A stretch of DNA of 48,306 nucleotides from Candidatus Iainarchaeum sp. GTDB lineage: Archaea > B1Sed10-29 > WALL01. Shown here one piece after another: positions 23,804 through 33,387 of this stretch. Position 1 is the first letter of the stretch; each line of letters starts with the position of its first letter. The DNA lies in assembly GCA_016939415.1 (NCBI GenBank), contig JAFGGZ010000054.1:1-48306 (forward strand). Direction: 5' to 3'. Under the pieces are notes generated by a model. It saw only the letters and a list, made by a program, of their open reading frames with translations, was not told the DNA's origin and did no database searches. Both the position numbers and the translations under genes were made by a program.

Positions 23804-24799
23804 ATGATGGGCAGCACAATTGTGGAAATCCGGTCGCTCACGAAGCGGTTCGGCAAGCTCACTGCAGTGGACGCAATGAACCTGGACATACAGGAGGGAG
23901 AGATATTCGGCTTGCTGGGGCCTAATGGCGCTGGGAAGACCACGACCATATCCATGCTGTCCACAACCCTCGCGCCCACCTCAGGGAAAGCGCTTGTCGC
24001 CAGACACGATGTCGTCAGGGAGCAGGATGCTGTGCGCGGCGCGATAGGTATAGTGTTCCAGGGCCAGTCACTCGACACGGAGCTGACGGCCTACGAAAAC
24101 CTCGATTTCCACGCGCGATTGTATGCAGTGGGGGATAAGGAAACGAGGATCAAGGAGATGCTGGAACTGGTCGGCCTGCACAAGAACCGCGATACCCTGG
24201 TCAAAAACTTTTCCGGAGGGATGAAGCGCAGGCTCGAGATCGCGAGAGGACTCCTGCACAAGCCGAAAGTCCTGTTCCTCGACGAGCCAACCTTGGGCTT
24301 GGATCCGCAGACACGCAGGCACATATGGGAATACGTGAAAAGGATAAACAGAGAGGATGGAGTAACCATCCTGCTGACAACCCATTACATGGAAGAAGCC
24401 GACTATCTCTGCGGCGGGGTGGCGATCATAGACTACGGAAGGATAATATCGTTGGATGAGCCGCAGAAGCTGAAGTCCCGGCTCGGCGAGACTGTTCTCG
24501 ACTTCCATGTGTCTGACGCTGACGCATTCTGCGGACTACTCAAGAAAAACAAGTGCAAGACAAAGAAGTCTGCTGTAGGCGGGCGCGTGCAGGTCGTGTC
24601 ATCTGACGGCGAGGAACTCCTGCCGAAGCTCGTGTCGCTAGCTGAGAGGAACGGCGTTCAGGTGAAGGGCGTCTCCATGCACTCGTCAACGCTGGAAGAC
24701 GTGTTCATGCAACTCACAGGGCGGACCATACGCGATGAGGCAGGCAACGAGAAGGAAACGCTTAGGCAGCGTTTCAGGGCCATGGAGGCGAAACGATGA
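23804..24799 (+). CDS. ABC transporter ATP-binding protein (ABC-2/DrrA-like)
   Basis: Walker A GPNGAGKTT, signature FSGGMKRRL, Walker B VLFLDEPT, plus a C-terminal regulatory extension. Confidence 0.9.
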   Translation: MMGSTIVEIRSLTKRFGKLTAVDAMNLDIQEGEIFGLLGPNGAGKTTTISMLSTTLAPTSGKALVARHDVVREQDAVRGAIGIVFQGQSLDTELTAYENLDFHARLYAVGDKETRIKEMLELVGLHKNRDTLVKNFSGGMKRRLEIARGLLHKPKVLFLDEPTLGLDPQTRRHIWEYVKRINREDGVTILLTTHYMEEADYLCGGVAIIDYGRIISLDEPQKLKSRLGETVLDFHVSDADAFCGLLKKNKCKTKKSAVGGRVQVVSSDGEELLPKLVSLAERNGVQVKGVSMHSSTLEDVFMQLTGRTIRDEAGNEKETLRQRFRAMEAKR

Positions 24800-25542
24800 G
24801 GGGAGTGTATACTATATGGCTGCGGGAGACGCTGAGGTTCGTCCGCAACAAGAGCAGGCTCGTCGGCAGCATGGGCATGCCGCTGTTCTTCCTGCTGTTC
24901 ATGGGGACTGGCATCGGATCAGTTATCGGGGACAGTGCCGGGGGAGGTTACACGCAGTTCATGGCGCCGGGCGTGCTCGGGATGATGCTGCTGTTCGGCT
25001 CCGTGTTCTCCGGCCTGAACGTCGTGTTCGACAAGCAGTTCGGCTTCATGAAGGAGATGCTTGTCGCGCCCATCTCGCGCGAGGCCATCGTCCTCGGCAA
25101 GGCCTTGGGCGGCGCTACTGCAGCCATGCTCCAGGCAGTGATCCTGCTCGCGCTCGTGTACGCGTTCGGCGTCCTGGAATTCAACGTTGTTTCCCTGGCA
25201 CTGCTCATTCCTGTAATGTTCCTCATTTCCGTGGGATTCGTGTGCGTGGGAGTGGCCTTCGCGAGCAAGCTGGATGATCCGCACGGGTTCCAGCTCATCA
25301 TGAACTTCCTCATCATGCCCTTGTTCTTCCTGTCGACAGCGTTCTTCCCGCTGGATAACCTGCCGCCATGGCTGAAGACGCTGTCCCTGCTCGACCCGCT
25401 GACGTACGGCGTGGACGCCATGAGAAGCATCCTCGTGGGGCAAGCAGCGTTCCCGCTATGGGTCGACGTGGCAGTGCTGGCCGGGTTCAGCACCCTCGCT
25501 GTATTAGTGGGGGCGCGCCTGTTCAAGGACATGAAACTGTAA
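24796..25542 (+). CDS. ABC-2 type transporter permease
   Basis: ATGA overlap with the ATPase gene. Six TM helices, typical ABC-2 length and pattern. Confidence 0.85.
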   Translation: MRGVYTIWLRETLRFVRNKSRLVGSMGMPLFFLLFMGTGIGSVIGDSAGGGYTQFMAPGVLGMMLLFGSVFSGLNVVFDKQFGFMKEMLVAPISREAIVLGKALGGATAAMLQAVILLALVYAFGVLEFNVVSLALLIPVMFLISVGFVCVGVAFASKLDDPHGFQLIMNFLIMPLFFLSTAFFPLDNLPPWLKTLSLLDPLTYGVDAMRSILVGQAAFPLWVDVAVLAGFSTLAVLVGARLFKDMKL

Positions 25543-25583
25543 GAACCTGCAAAAGCTTTTTATGCTAAAGCCGAGAAGACCAT

Positions 25584-25976
25584 GTGATGAAACCGGAGCA
25601 GAAGACAGCCGAAAGCGAAAAAGAAGAGAACGACAACTACGTGTTCATCGTGCTGGTGTTCGTGCTCGCACTCTCGTTCGTATTCCTGTTCCTCGCGTAC
25701 CAGCCGAGCGACCAGCCGCAAGACACAGAAAACGTCACAGTCAAGGAGCCGCCAGCCAGGATCGAGGATATCGTGATCAAGCCCATCGAGCAGATTATCT
25801 TGCCTCAGGAAAAGCAGCGCATTGAAACACGGCTGACGTGCAGCGGACAGGTTCATGACAGCAAGACCTACGCAGAGCACGAGTGCCTGGCAAAGTGCGC
25901 GGACAACGGCATGGCAGTGGAACTGGTTTCGTGCAACCTGGACACTGGGCTGTGGCTCTGCCACTGCACGGGATGA
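25584..25976 (+). CDS. hypothetical membrane-anchored Cys-rich protein
   Basis: Single N-terminal TM helix (YVFIVLVFVLALSFVFLFLAY), then an about 75-aa ectodomain with six Cys (TCSG...ECLAKC...SCN...LCHC). Confidence 0.5.
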   Translation: MMKPEQKTAESEKEENDNYVFIVLVFVLALSFVFLFLAYQPSDQPQDTENVTVKEPPARIEDIVIKPIEQIILPQEKQRIETRLTCSGQVHDSKTYAEHECLAKCADNGMAVELVSCNLDTGLWLCHCTG

Positions 25977-26014
25977 AGCAACGCTTATTTACGTCAAGGC
26001 ACAGAAACAGTGGC

Positions 26015-26716
26015 ATGCGATTGGGCTCATTGTTCTCCGGAGGCAAGGACTCTGCGTTCGCTGCGTGGAAAGCCATGCAGGACCACGATGTCGTGTGCCT
26101 CGTATCCATCGTGTCCGGGAACAGGTTCAGCTACATGTTCCACACCCCCAACATACACCTCACAGGACTACAAGCTGAGGCCGCCGGACTGCCCCTCGTT
26201 CGCGGCAGCACAAGAGGCGTGAAAGAAGAAGAGCTTGAAGACCTCAAGGACGCGATCAGGAAAGCGATGGAAGAGTTCGGCATAGAAGGCGTCGTCACCG
26301 GAGCAGTCGCTTCCAACTACCAGGCCCAGCGCATCCAGCGCATCTGCGACGAGCTGGGGTTGGAGTGCGTGAACCCGTTGTGGATGATGGATCAGGAGAA
26401 GGTCTTGATGGGCGTGATTGAGAACGGCTTCGAGGCCATCATAACCGGCATCTTCGCAGAACCCCTAACAGAAGAGTGGTTGGGGAGAAGGCTCGACAAA
26501 AGCGCTGCGAGAGACCTTTTGAAGCTCAGGGCGAGCCACAGCGTGAGCCCGACCGGCGAGGGAGGGGAGTTCGAGACCACTGTCCTGGATGCGCCGTTCT
26601 TCAGGAAGCGCATCGAAGTCATTGAAGCCGAGAAGCAGATGATCGGCGAGAACAGCGGCGTGTTCGTGATAAAGAAAGCGCGGCTGGCCATAGCACGCTC
26701 AGAGCGGAAGATTTAA
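26015..26716 (+). CDS. diphthine--ammonia ligase-like PP-loop ATPase (Dph6/MJ0570 family)
   Basis: Start at MRLGSLFSGGKDS (SGGKDS PP-loop); later GAVASNYQAQRIQRICDELGL and GEGGEFET. The ORF-track start at 25883 is an unlikely extension. Confidence 0.75.
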   Translation: MRLGSLFSGGKDSAFAAWKAMQDHDVVCLVSIVSGNRFSYMFHTPNIHLTGLQAEAAGLPLVRGSTRGVKEEELEDLKDAIRKAMEEFGIEGVVTGAVASNYQAQRIQRICDELGLECVNPLWMMDQEKVLMGVIENGFEAIITGIFAEPLTEEWLGRRLDKSAARDLLKLRASHSVSPTGEGGEFETTVLDAPFFRKRIEVIEAEKQMIGENSGVFVIKKARLAIARSERKI

Positions 26717-26838
26717 ATACTATCTCGCCAGAAATCTGGTTATAAGGTAGATTCTTTTTGAAACCTACTGAGGGCAGCTTTACTGCTTCTCCCGGTTTTT
26801 TCAAAAAGCCATTACCGAGTTTAATAAGAGGTGAACAT

Positions 26839-27045
26839 ATGAGTTACGGAGAGAGGAACTACGACCAACCCCGCGAGATGTACAAGACAACGTGCTCTGA
26901 ATGCGGCAAGGAATGCGAAGTTCCCTTCAAGCCCACCGAAGGTAGGCCCGTCTACTGCAAGGACTGCTACGCAAAACACAGACCTCCGCGCAGGCAAGGC
27001 GGCGGCGGTGGCGGCGGACACAGGCACAGACGAGAAGATTACTAA
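26839..27045 (+). CDS. CxxC-x17-CxxC zinc-ribbon protein with Gly7 and His/Arg tail
   Basis: GAGGTGA lies 5 nt upstream. TCSECGKECEVPFKPTEGRPVYCKDCY followed by RRQGGGGGGGHRHRREDY. Confidence 0.75.
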   Translation: MSYGERNYDQPREMYKTTCSECGKECEVPFKPTEGRPVYCKDCYAKHRPPRRQGGGGGGGHRHRREDY

Positions 27046-27073
27046 AGACTTGGGAATGGCTTGTAACTAAACC

Positions 27074-27117
27074 GGGGGAGTGGGAAAAACCCTTCCCCCC
27101 AAAAAAACTCAATTTTT
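27074..27117. terminator. imperfect GC hairpin plus A/T runs between convergent genes
   Basis: GGGGGAGTGGG-AAAAA-CCCTTCCCCC followed by A7 and T5 runs. Confidence 0.3.
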
Positions 27118-27156
27118 CGGCGTAGAGCGTCAGCGCTCTCACAATGCTCTTGTGTC

Positions 27157-27501
27157 TCACCGATGCCGGTTCCTGCTCTCCAGATCCTCAAGCTTCTCCT
27201 TCAGATCCACGATGCGCATCTCCCTGCCCAAGAGGAACTTGTTGAGCTTCTCGACCTCGCTGAGCTTTTCCTTCAACTGCTCTTCGGCATGCTTCCCTCT
27301 CTCTATGTCTGCCTTCAGCTTGCGGTTGAGTGCCATGAACTCATCCGATATGAGTTCAAGGGAGCGCTCAACCATCGCGCGGTCTTTGTCAGCCTGCTTG
27401 TACGCCTCGTCAATGGCCTTGATGAATTGCTTCAGGTCTTCGGGCACGTTTGGGTACGCTGATAGATACTTCTTGAGTTGCCGCTCCAGCAACCGGTGCA
27501 T
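27157..27501 (-). CDS. coiled-coil signalling-linker-like protein
   Basis: 114 aa, almost entirely heptad-like. HRLLERQLKKY...VERSLELISDEF and GREMRIVDLKEKL resemble linker segments of multidomain sensor proteins. Starts 2 nt after the FIST stop. Confidence 0.6.
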   Translation of the reverse strand: MHRLLERQLKKYLSAYPNVPEDLKQFIKAIDEAYKQADKDRAMVERSLELISDEFMALNRKLKADIERGKHAEEQLKEKLSEVEKLNKFLLGREMRIVDLKEKLEDLESRNRHR

Positions 27502-27502
27502 A

Positions 27503-28642
27503 TTACCTTGTCTCCGAAAAGACTGTGATGGTCATGGTCTGGTTGTGCAGTTCTGAGCAGGGACTTGAATCGGACGGGCATATCTCGCCATACGAATAAA
27601 ACCCTGTGATCACTGCTTTCTTGCCGAGCACGCTGCGGACACCCTCCACCTCATCCTCAACCCTCTGCTTGAGCACGAGTTTCCTGCCGACGCAACTGAC
27701 GAGGAGTGCGAGTTCAGGCGCTGCCTTCAGGATATTGCGGGCCTTTTCAGCTGCGCCGTGAGCGCCGTCCACGAGCCGGTCCATGTTTGCTTTCATGAAC
27801 TGGGCGTAGTAGCCTTCCGGAACATCGCCTGCGAACGTCATGCTCTGATCTTTTTCACTGACGTTCAGGATTGTCCGGACCAGTTTGGTCTTTCCGTCCG
27901 GAGACCTGATGCTCAGCGGGAAGAAGAGTCCTGTGGCAGGCAAGCCCTTGGCTTCCCTGCCCAGGTATTTCTTGTACAGCTCCAGCGCGGAATTGCCGTC
28001 GAGCTCGTACAACACATTGCCGTCCGACTTCGTGATCTCCCGCTCAGGGCCGAACGCGTCCCAGCCACCAAGCGAGCCGTAGCCGACCCGCAGGTGCTTG
28101 CCGTAAAAACCGATGACAACGATGTTGCCTTCAGCCACCTCACCATCAGCGAACACCAGCGTCTGCTTGAATCTCGCGCCGTCGCCTGCCAACCCGCCTG
28201 TCACTGCAACATTCTTCGGCAAGGCCTTCAGCATGCCTGCTGTAAGCTCGCTGCCGTTCACTTTCTGGCCGTCAGAAAGCACGAACACGTGCACCAAGTC
28301 CTTGAAAGGCAGCTGCTTCACGAGTTTCTCGCCAGCGTCAAAGCTGTTCTTGGCCTGCTTGATGTTGATCTTGGCGCACTTCACCTGCGTCTTGTCGAAA
28401 TGCACTGCCGTGGAAACGATGGTGCCATCGCAAACAGTAACGCCGCAGATCTCTCCTGCGGTCGAGCACCCGATCACACAGGCCTTGGGGTATGCCTTGA
28501 CCACTTCTGAGACCTGCTTCTTCTTTTTGAGCGTGTCCGTATCACCGAACATGAGCACCAACTGAGCGGTCTTCCCCAGACCCCCCCAAGCTTTTTTTGA
28601 CCAGCCGTTCTCTTTTGACCATGAGACTTGTTCGACCTGCAT
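27503..28642 (-). CDS. FIST domain (FIST_N + FIST_C) sensor protein
   Basis: Pattern LVLMFGD..., IGCSTAGEI, VTGGLAGDG, GFYSYGEI is typical of FIST N and C domains. Start set at the ATG preceded by GGAGTTGGTG. Confidence 0.75.
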   Translation of the reverse strand: MQVEQVSWSKENGWSKKAWGGLGKTAQLVLMFGDTDTLKKKKQVSEVVKAYPKACVIGCSTAGEICGVTVCDGTIVSTAVHFDKTQVKCAKINIKQAKNSFDAGEKLVKQLPFKDLVHVFVLSDGQKVNGSELTAGMLKALPKNVAVTGGLAGDGARFKQTLVFADGEVAEGNIVVIGFYGKHLRVGYGSLGGWDAFGPEREITKSDGNVLYELDGNSALELYKKYLGREAKGLPATGLFFPLSIRSPDGKTKLVRTILNVSEKDQSMTFAGDVPEGYYAQFMKANMDRLVDGAHGAAEKARNILKAAPELALLVSCVGRKLVLKQRVEDEVEGVRSVLGKKAVITGFYSYGEICPSDSSPCSELHNQTMTITVFSETR

Positions 28643-28691
28643 GACACCAACTCCGGATACTAACAACTATTCGAAGGGGGTTAATAAAGAT

Positions 28692-28889
28692 TCACTCGAA
28701 GAGGAACAGGCGCTCAATGCTCGCGCCCAGCTCTTTCGCGATTTTGTAAGCCAGTTGCAGCGAGGGGTTATACTTGCCTTTCTCGAGGAAGATGATTGTC
28801 TGCCGCGTCACGCCCACCCTGTCAGCCAGCTCTTCCTGGGTGAGGCCCTTCTTCTGCCGAAATGCCTTGATCCGCGTCCTGAATGCCAT
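28692..28889 (-). CDS. XRE-family HTH transcriptional regulator (65 aa)
   Basis: [49 protein letters not shown]. The ATG overlaps the upstream stop as TGATG. Confidence 0.85.
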   Translation of the reverse strand: MAFRTRIKAFRQKKGLTQEELADRVGVTRQTIIFLEKGKYNPSLQLAYKIAKELGASIERLFLFE

Positions 28890-29254
28890 CAGTCGCCCTT
28901 CTGCTTGTAGTAAGCGTAAGAGCCTAGGTACGAGATCGTGCCCAGGGCGAACACGGGCATGATTGTGGTTGAGACAGGCCAGACGGCTCCGGTGCCTTCT
29001 GCGTATATGACCAGGAAGGCTATGGTGAACATCATTGCCACGAAGCCGTTCCGCGCAGAGCGGTTGTACACTGACCAGAGCCGCTCGTCTTCGTACGCCT
29101 TTGTCTTGCGCATCCCCCATAGCTTGACGAGGCTTGATGCGACTGCCACGGCCAGCAGTGCGGGTATTATGCTATACGCCCTGACATACACAGCCCAACC
29201 CAAGATCACTGCCAAGAAAACGATTTTGAGAGCGAACCTCCTTGTCTTTTCCAT
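28889..29254 (-). CDS. membrane protein partner of the small XRE regulator (DUF2178-like topology)
   Basis: 121 aa with four TM helices. GGTGGTG SD-like site before the ATG at 29254. Confidence 0.55.
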   Translation of the reverse strand: MEKTRRFALKIVFLAVILGWAVYVRAYSIIPALLAVAVASSLVKLWGMRKTKAYEDERLWSVYNRSARNGFVAMMFTIAFLVIYAEGTGAVWPVSTTIMPVFALGTISYLGSYAYYKQKGD

Positions 29255-29352
29255 AACACCACCATGTAAAACATTTCTAACGTAATATATTTTTAACATT
29301 CATGTATTAAAGGCTTTCGGGCGGAACAGATAAATACACACGCGCCGAAGTG

Positions 29353-29508
29353 ATGCTCGTGAGAGACAGGTCCAGGAATGAGGGGGTTCTGGCAGTCGTC
29401 GCGGCGCTGGTCGTGCTGTTCACTGCCGTACTCGACCCGATGGTGTCGGTAGCGCTCTCTGCTTCCTTGCTTGCGTTGTGGGGCGCGCACAAGCTCTTGA
29501 GGAGATAG
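29353..29508 (+). CDS. possible 51-aa two-TM micro-protein
   Basis: Hand-translated: MLVRDRSRNEGVLAVVAALVVLFTAVLDPMVSVALSASLLALWGAHKLLRR. ATAAATA lies upstream. The competing minus-strand ORFs look like GC-shadow ORFs. Confidence 0.3.
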   Translation: MLVRDRSRNEGVLAVVAALVVLFTAVLDPMVSVALSASLLALWGAHKLLRR

Positions 29509-29542
29509 GAACGAACCGCCAGGGCTCTTGAAACGCTTGCGA

Positions 29543-30601
29543 TTACACGCCCAGTATTACCCACAAGCCAAGCGCAAGCATCACCAACCCTGCGACAAGG
29601 TGCAGGTGCCTTATGCGCTCATCCTTCCACTTCTGCATCTCTTCAATGCGCTTGTACCCAAAGTAAAATAATCCATTAATGACAAGGAGTGGGACGACGA
29701 ACACCACGTTGTAGTAGAGCAGGAGCGGGATTGCCGCATCACGCGTTGACTTCTCAGCCAAAAGACCGAGAATGAACAAGTACGGCCCGCCCGTGCACGG
29801 CAGCTCGAACAAACAGACAACGAAACCCGCCAGGAAAGCGCCGATGGGAGTCGTGGCCTTCTCAAGTATCGCCTTCAACCTCGGCCGCCAGCAGCGCGGA
29901 ATTTCCATGACGAAGCCACCACAGCCATACCAGAAGAAATCCTTTATGTTGGCAAGGCCTATCAGAATCGCAAGTATGCCGACCGCCTGGTAGAAAATAT
30001 AAGACAGCCCGGAGACTTTTATTGCCGAGAACAGCCCCAACCCGAAGAGGAAATAAGCGATATAAAGAGCCGCTGTGAAAGCGAGGCCCGCGGTCAACGC
30101 CCGTTTTCGACCGCCTGCCGCGAGCAAAGCCGCCAGAAGGATCAGCAGGACAGCCATCGCACACGGATTGATCGAGTCGACGAGCGCCGCCCCCGTGAGC
30201 AGCCACAACGATACCGTTTCCCTCTCGAGTTCAGATATCTCGCCTGCAAGACCTGAGCTAACCATGCGAGCGTCAAGCGATGGACACTCCTCCCTGAGCT
30301 GGGACTCCAGCTGATTGATTATCGGCGAGTCCCCAACAAGGTAGTAATCCCCTGTGAAGGCTACGGGCACCCCCCTCATAGCCATTGGCACGCTATAGGC
30401 ATTGAAGTACTGCCGGAGCAGCGCCAGATTCGTGGAATTGTCATAAACCTCGAAGCGGTGCACCTCAACGCCTTTCGCCTCGAGCATGTCGATTGTTGAC
30501 TCCGCCCTCGCGCAGTGAGGACACCCATTTCCGTAGAAGAAATACGCGCATTGCGCTGACGCAAGCGACAGCAAAAGCAGGGATATCAATGCCTTCCTCA
30601 T
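29543..30601 (-). CDS. secreted thioredoxin-like domain fused to CcdA/DsbD-type thiol:disulfide transporter
   Basis: Signal peptide, CPHC redox motif, then a 6-TM CcdA core with DSINPCAM and ELPCTGGPYL. Confidence 0.8.
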   Translation of the reverse strand: MRKALISLLLLSLASAQCAYFFYGNGCPHCARAESTIDMLEAKGVEVHRFEVYDNSTNLALLRQYFNAYSVPMAMRGVPVAFTGDYYLVGDSPIINQLESQLREECPSLDARMVSSGLAGEISELERETVSLWLLTGAALVDSINPCAMAVLLILLAALLAAGGRKRALTAGLAFTAALYIAYFLFGLGLFSAIKVSGLSYIFYQAVGILAILIGLANIKDFFWYGCGGFVMEIPRCWRPRLKAILEKATTPIGAFLAGFVVCLFELPCTGGPYLFILGLLAEKSTRDAAIPLLLYYNVVFVVPLLVINGLFYFGYKRIEEMQKWKDERIRHLHLVAGLVMLALGLWVILGV

Positions 30602-31455
30602 CTCATAACCCCTTCGAGTATCTTCCGGAAAACCGGTTCAAGCCCTGGCTTACGGACGATCACCGGCTTCAACAAGACAAGCGCCTCAACAAAAGCCATG
30701 TCATAGGGTATTTCTGCGAGGACATTTAAGTTCTTTTTTGTCGCGAAAGAGCGGATTTCTTCAGTCATCCTCGGATTCAAATCCGCTTTATTGATAACAA
30801 TACCTGCGGGTATACCGAAGTGCTCCACGACGCCAAGCGCACGGCTCAAGTCCCACAAAGCAGCGGGCGTCGGCTCGGTCACTGCCACAACAAAATCACA
30901 GCCCTGCACAGATGCAACAACAGGGCAGCCGATGCCGGCAGCGCAATCGATGACGAGCACATCAGCCCCAATGCTCTCGGCAAGCCGCTTCACCTCGAAA
31001 ACAACTTTCCCGGAACTCGCTTCACCCATCTTCAACTGCGCAGAAACAACGGGAAAGCCGTACGGCGTAACAGCCGTGCCGATGGTCGCATTCTGCACTG
31101 GCTTGAGCACAATCGCCTCCGAAGGGCACGCGATTACACACGCTCCGCATCCCTCACAAAGAGCGTCGTTGAACACAGGCAACCCATTAACCATCTTAAC
31201 GGCGCCGAAAACACACACTTCCGCGCACCTTCCACAGCCAGTGCACTTGCCCGGAACCAAGCGGGCTTTTTCGCTCACAGAAAGGCTTTTTTCCTCATCG
31301 AGCTGCTTAACGCCCAAAACCAGCGCCAGGTTGGCGGCATCCACATCGCAATCAGCAGCAACGACGCTATGATCACGCGCAAGCAGGACAGCCAAAGAAG
31401 CAGCTATACTACTTTTGCCCACACCTCCCTTACCTGACAAAACCGCCAGTTTCAC
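30598..31455 (-). CDS. MinD/ParA-superfamily P-loop ATPase with inserted 2x[4Fe-4S] ferredoxin domain
   Basis: SGKGGVGKSS deviant Walker A, plus CTGCGRCAEVC and CEGCGACVIACP. Confidence 0.85.
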   Translation of the reverse strand: MKLAVLSGKGGVGKSSIAASLAVLLARDHSVVAADCDVDAANLALVLGVKQLDEEKSLSVSEKARLVPGKCTGCGRCAEVCVFGAVKMVNGLPVFNDALCEGCGACVIACPSEAIVLKPVQNATIGTAVTPYGFPVVSAQLKMGEASSGKVVFEVKRLAESIGADVLVIDCAAGIGCPVVASVQGCDFVVAVTEPTPAALWDLSRALGVVEHFGIPAGIVINKADLNPRMTEEIRSFATKKNLNVLAEIPYDMAFVEALVLLKPVIVRKPGLEPVFRKILEGVMR

Positions 31456-32210
31456 AATTCAGGCCTCCTCTTCCTCGTTTCTTGTAGATCCAGCGGGACA
31501 GCATCCTGACTCTTGGCATCATACACCATTACGGTATTAAGGCCAGCGAACTCTGTCTTTATCCGATCCATCTCCGCGCGCCCAAGTGGTTTGCAACCGC
31601 ACGGCCTCAGAGGGGTGTCCAAGAAGATGTCATTGGGTTTTATCTGTCTCGCAAGCTCTGCCATATCTCCAGCACAGTCTTTGTTCTTGTCGATGAACAT
31701 CATCTGAAGGTCAAACTCCCCGCGAAACTCGTTTCTCATCGCCTTGATGCCGTCAACAATCTCCTCAAAACGTATTCCAGCAACAGGCCGGTTTATCTCC
31801 TCGAACAACTCCTGACCAGGCGCATCAAGCTTTGCGTGTATAACATCGAAATACATCAAGCTCTCCCTGACCTCAGGCAGGTAAAGGAGAGAGGAATTGG
31901 TTAGTATCGCCATAGGCACGCTAATGACATGCTTCACAACAGCAGCAATCTTGTCGATATTGCTCGCAAGCGTGGGCTCACCCATCCCAGAAAACGTGAC
32001 AATGTCCGGCGCCGCTCTCGCGAAGGCTGATTCCAGCTCCTCCCCGACGACTGCTGCATCAACAAACCTTTTCCTTTCGGTGGTCTTCAAGCGTGTCGGG
32101 CCGAGCTGGCAGTAAACACAATCAAAAGAACAGACGTTGATGCATACTGGATCTACGCCCAAAGATCGTCCGAGCCGCCAAGAAGGAACGGGCCCGTAAA
32201 CCGTTTTCAC
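31452..32210 (-). CDS. radical SAM protein
   Basis: YGPVPSWRLGRSLGV...CSFDCVYCQ contains the CxxxCxxC cluster motif. Also has a GMGEPTL SAM-binding-like motif. Confidence 0.8.
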   Translation of the reverse strand: MKTVYGPVPSWRLGRSLGVDPVCINVCSFDCVYCQLGPTRLKTTERKRFVDAAVVGEELESAFARAAPDIVTFSGMGEPTLASNIDKIAAVVKHVISVPMAILTNSSLLYLPEVRESLMYFDVIHAKLDAPGQELFEEINRPVAGIRFEEIVDGIKAMRNEFRGEFDLQMMFIDKNKDCAGDMAELARQIKPNDIFLDTPLRPCGCKPLGRAEMDRIKTEFAGLNTVMVYDAKSQDAVPLDLQETRKRRPEL

Positions 32211-33055
32211 TTCATTCCCTCCACACGTTCAGCCAGAGATATTATTGCCGGCACCTTCACTGGCTCTCCAAGCGAATAGGCCTTGAACACCTCTTCGCTG
32301 TAAGGTATTTCCACCGCCACTTCAGCGCCAAAGCGCTCGGCAATCCGCTTGATGCCATACGGCGGCGCAATGCCAGCGCGGTTGAGCACGACTTTTGCGG
32401 GCACGTCAAGCTTTCCGAGCAACTCCAGTATCAGAGAAAGGTCATGTTCACCCAAGGGGGTCGGCTCGGTCACTGCGAAAGCCAGCTTAACGCCTTCCAG
32501 AGCGGATATCACATCACAGTGAGTCCCAGCCGCGGTGTCGATTACCACGTAATCGAATCCGCTCTCTATCTTTTTGAGGTGACGCTTCAAGGCATTCACC
32601 ACGAACTCAGAAACCACTTCAGAAACCTTCAACTCCCCGCTGAGAAGACGCACGCCTCTCCCCTCACCCTCAAAAATGAACCCGATTTCCTTGCTCGCCT
32701 TGCCAATCGCACCCACCGGGCATGCGAGCATGCACGCGCCGCACCCGCTGCACTGCTCCTCGATGAACACAGGATGATCACCACGGCGATGAATAACCGC
32801 ACTCATCTTGCATACCTCAGCGCACCTGCCGCAGCGGGTGCAGAGATTCTTGTCGAGCACGGGGATGGTTTTGGTGACTGTGTCGACCTTACTGCGCTTT
32901 ATCGCTAAGATCAAGTGGTCGTCAGGACAGTCCACGTCCGCATCCACCAGCAGCACCTTATGTCTTTTAGCGAGCTCGAAAGCCAGCGCAGTCGCTACAG
33001 TGGACTTCCCCGTCCCCCCCTTGCCGCCGGTAACCGCGATCCTCAATGCCCACAC
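32207..33055 (-). CDS. MinD/ParA-superfamily P-loop ATPase with inserted 2x[4Fe-4S] ferredoxin domain (second copy)
   Basis: TGGKGGTGKST, plus CTRCGRCAEVC and CSGCGACMLACP. Confidence 0.85.
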   Translation of the reverse strand: MWALRIAVTGGKGGTGKSTVATALAFELAKRHKVLLVDADVDCPDDHLILAIKRSKVDTVTKTIPVLDKNLCTRCGRCAEVCKMSAVIHRRGDHPVFIEEQCSGCGACMLACPVGAIGKASKEIGFIFEGEGRGVRLLSGELKVSEVVSEFVVNALKRHLKKIESGFDYVVIDTAAGTHCDVISALEGVKLAFAVTEPTPLGEHDLSLILELLGKLDVPAKVVLNRAGIAPPYGIKRIAERFGAEVAVEIPYSEEVFKAYSLGEPVKVPAIISLAERVEGMK

Positions 33056-33378
33056 CCTTCTTCCAAACTTTTCAAAGACGGGAGATTACTAATGACCTCC
33101 CTCACCGTCGAGTACGGGCCGGTCAAGGCTTTCAGACCGAGTTCGGAAAGCGCCTCGATCGCCCTGGATCCGATGCCGTGAACAAACACAGCGGCAACTC
33201 CCTCCCGTACCAAAACATCAACAGGTGTGCACCTCTCATGCTCGTGCTCCTCGCACTCGAAAAATGCCGAGCTTTTGTCGTTGGTGTCGTACACGAAGAA
33301 GAAACTCACGTGACCGAAGTGGCTGCTCACCCTCGACTCCAAGCCATTTTTTTCAGTGACTGGGATTGCGATCTTCAC
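33043..33378 (-). CDS. NifB/NifX-type (dinitrogenase FeMo-cofactor-binding fold) protein
   Basis: MKIAIPV......V..HFGH...F.VYD and V.AV...GIG..A...L...G pattern. 111 aa. Confidence 0.75.
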   Translation of the reverse strand: MKIAIPVTEKNGLESRVSSHFGHVSFFFVYDTNDKSSAFFECEEHEHERCTPVDVLVREGVAAVFVHGIGSRAIEALSELGLKALTGPYSTVREVISNLPSLKSLEEGCGH

Positions 33379-33387
33379 GTTAGCGCC

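Noticed and set aside
24919-25532. 174-aa and 194-aa minus-strand ORFs
   Set aside because: They are antisense to the ABC-2 permease, which is coupled to its ATPase by an ATGA overlap.
30791-31437. 193-aa and 205-aa plus-strand ORFs
   Set aside because: They are antisense to the MinD-ferredoxin ATPase gene, which has intact Walker A and CxxCxxCxxxC motifs.
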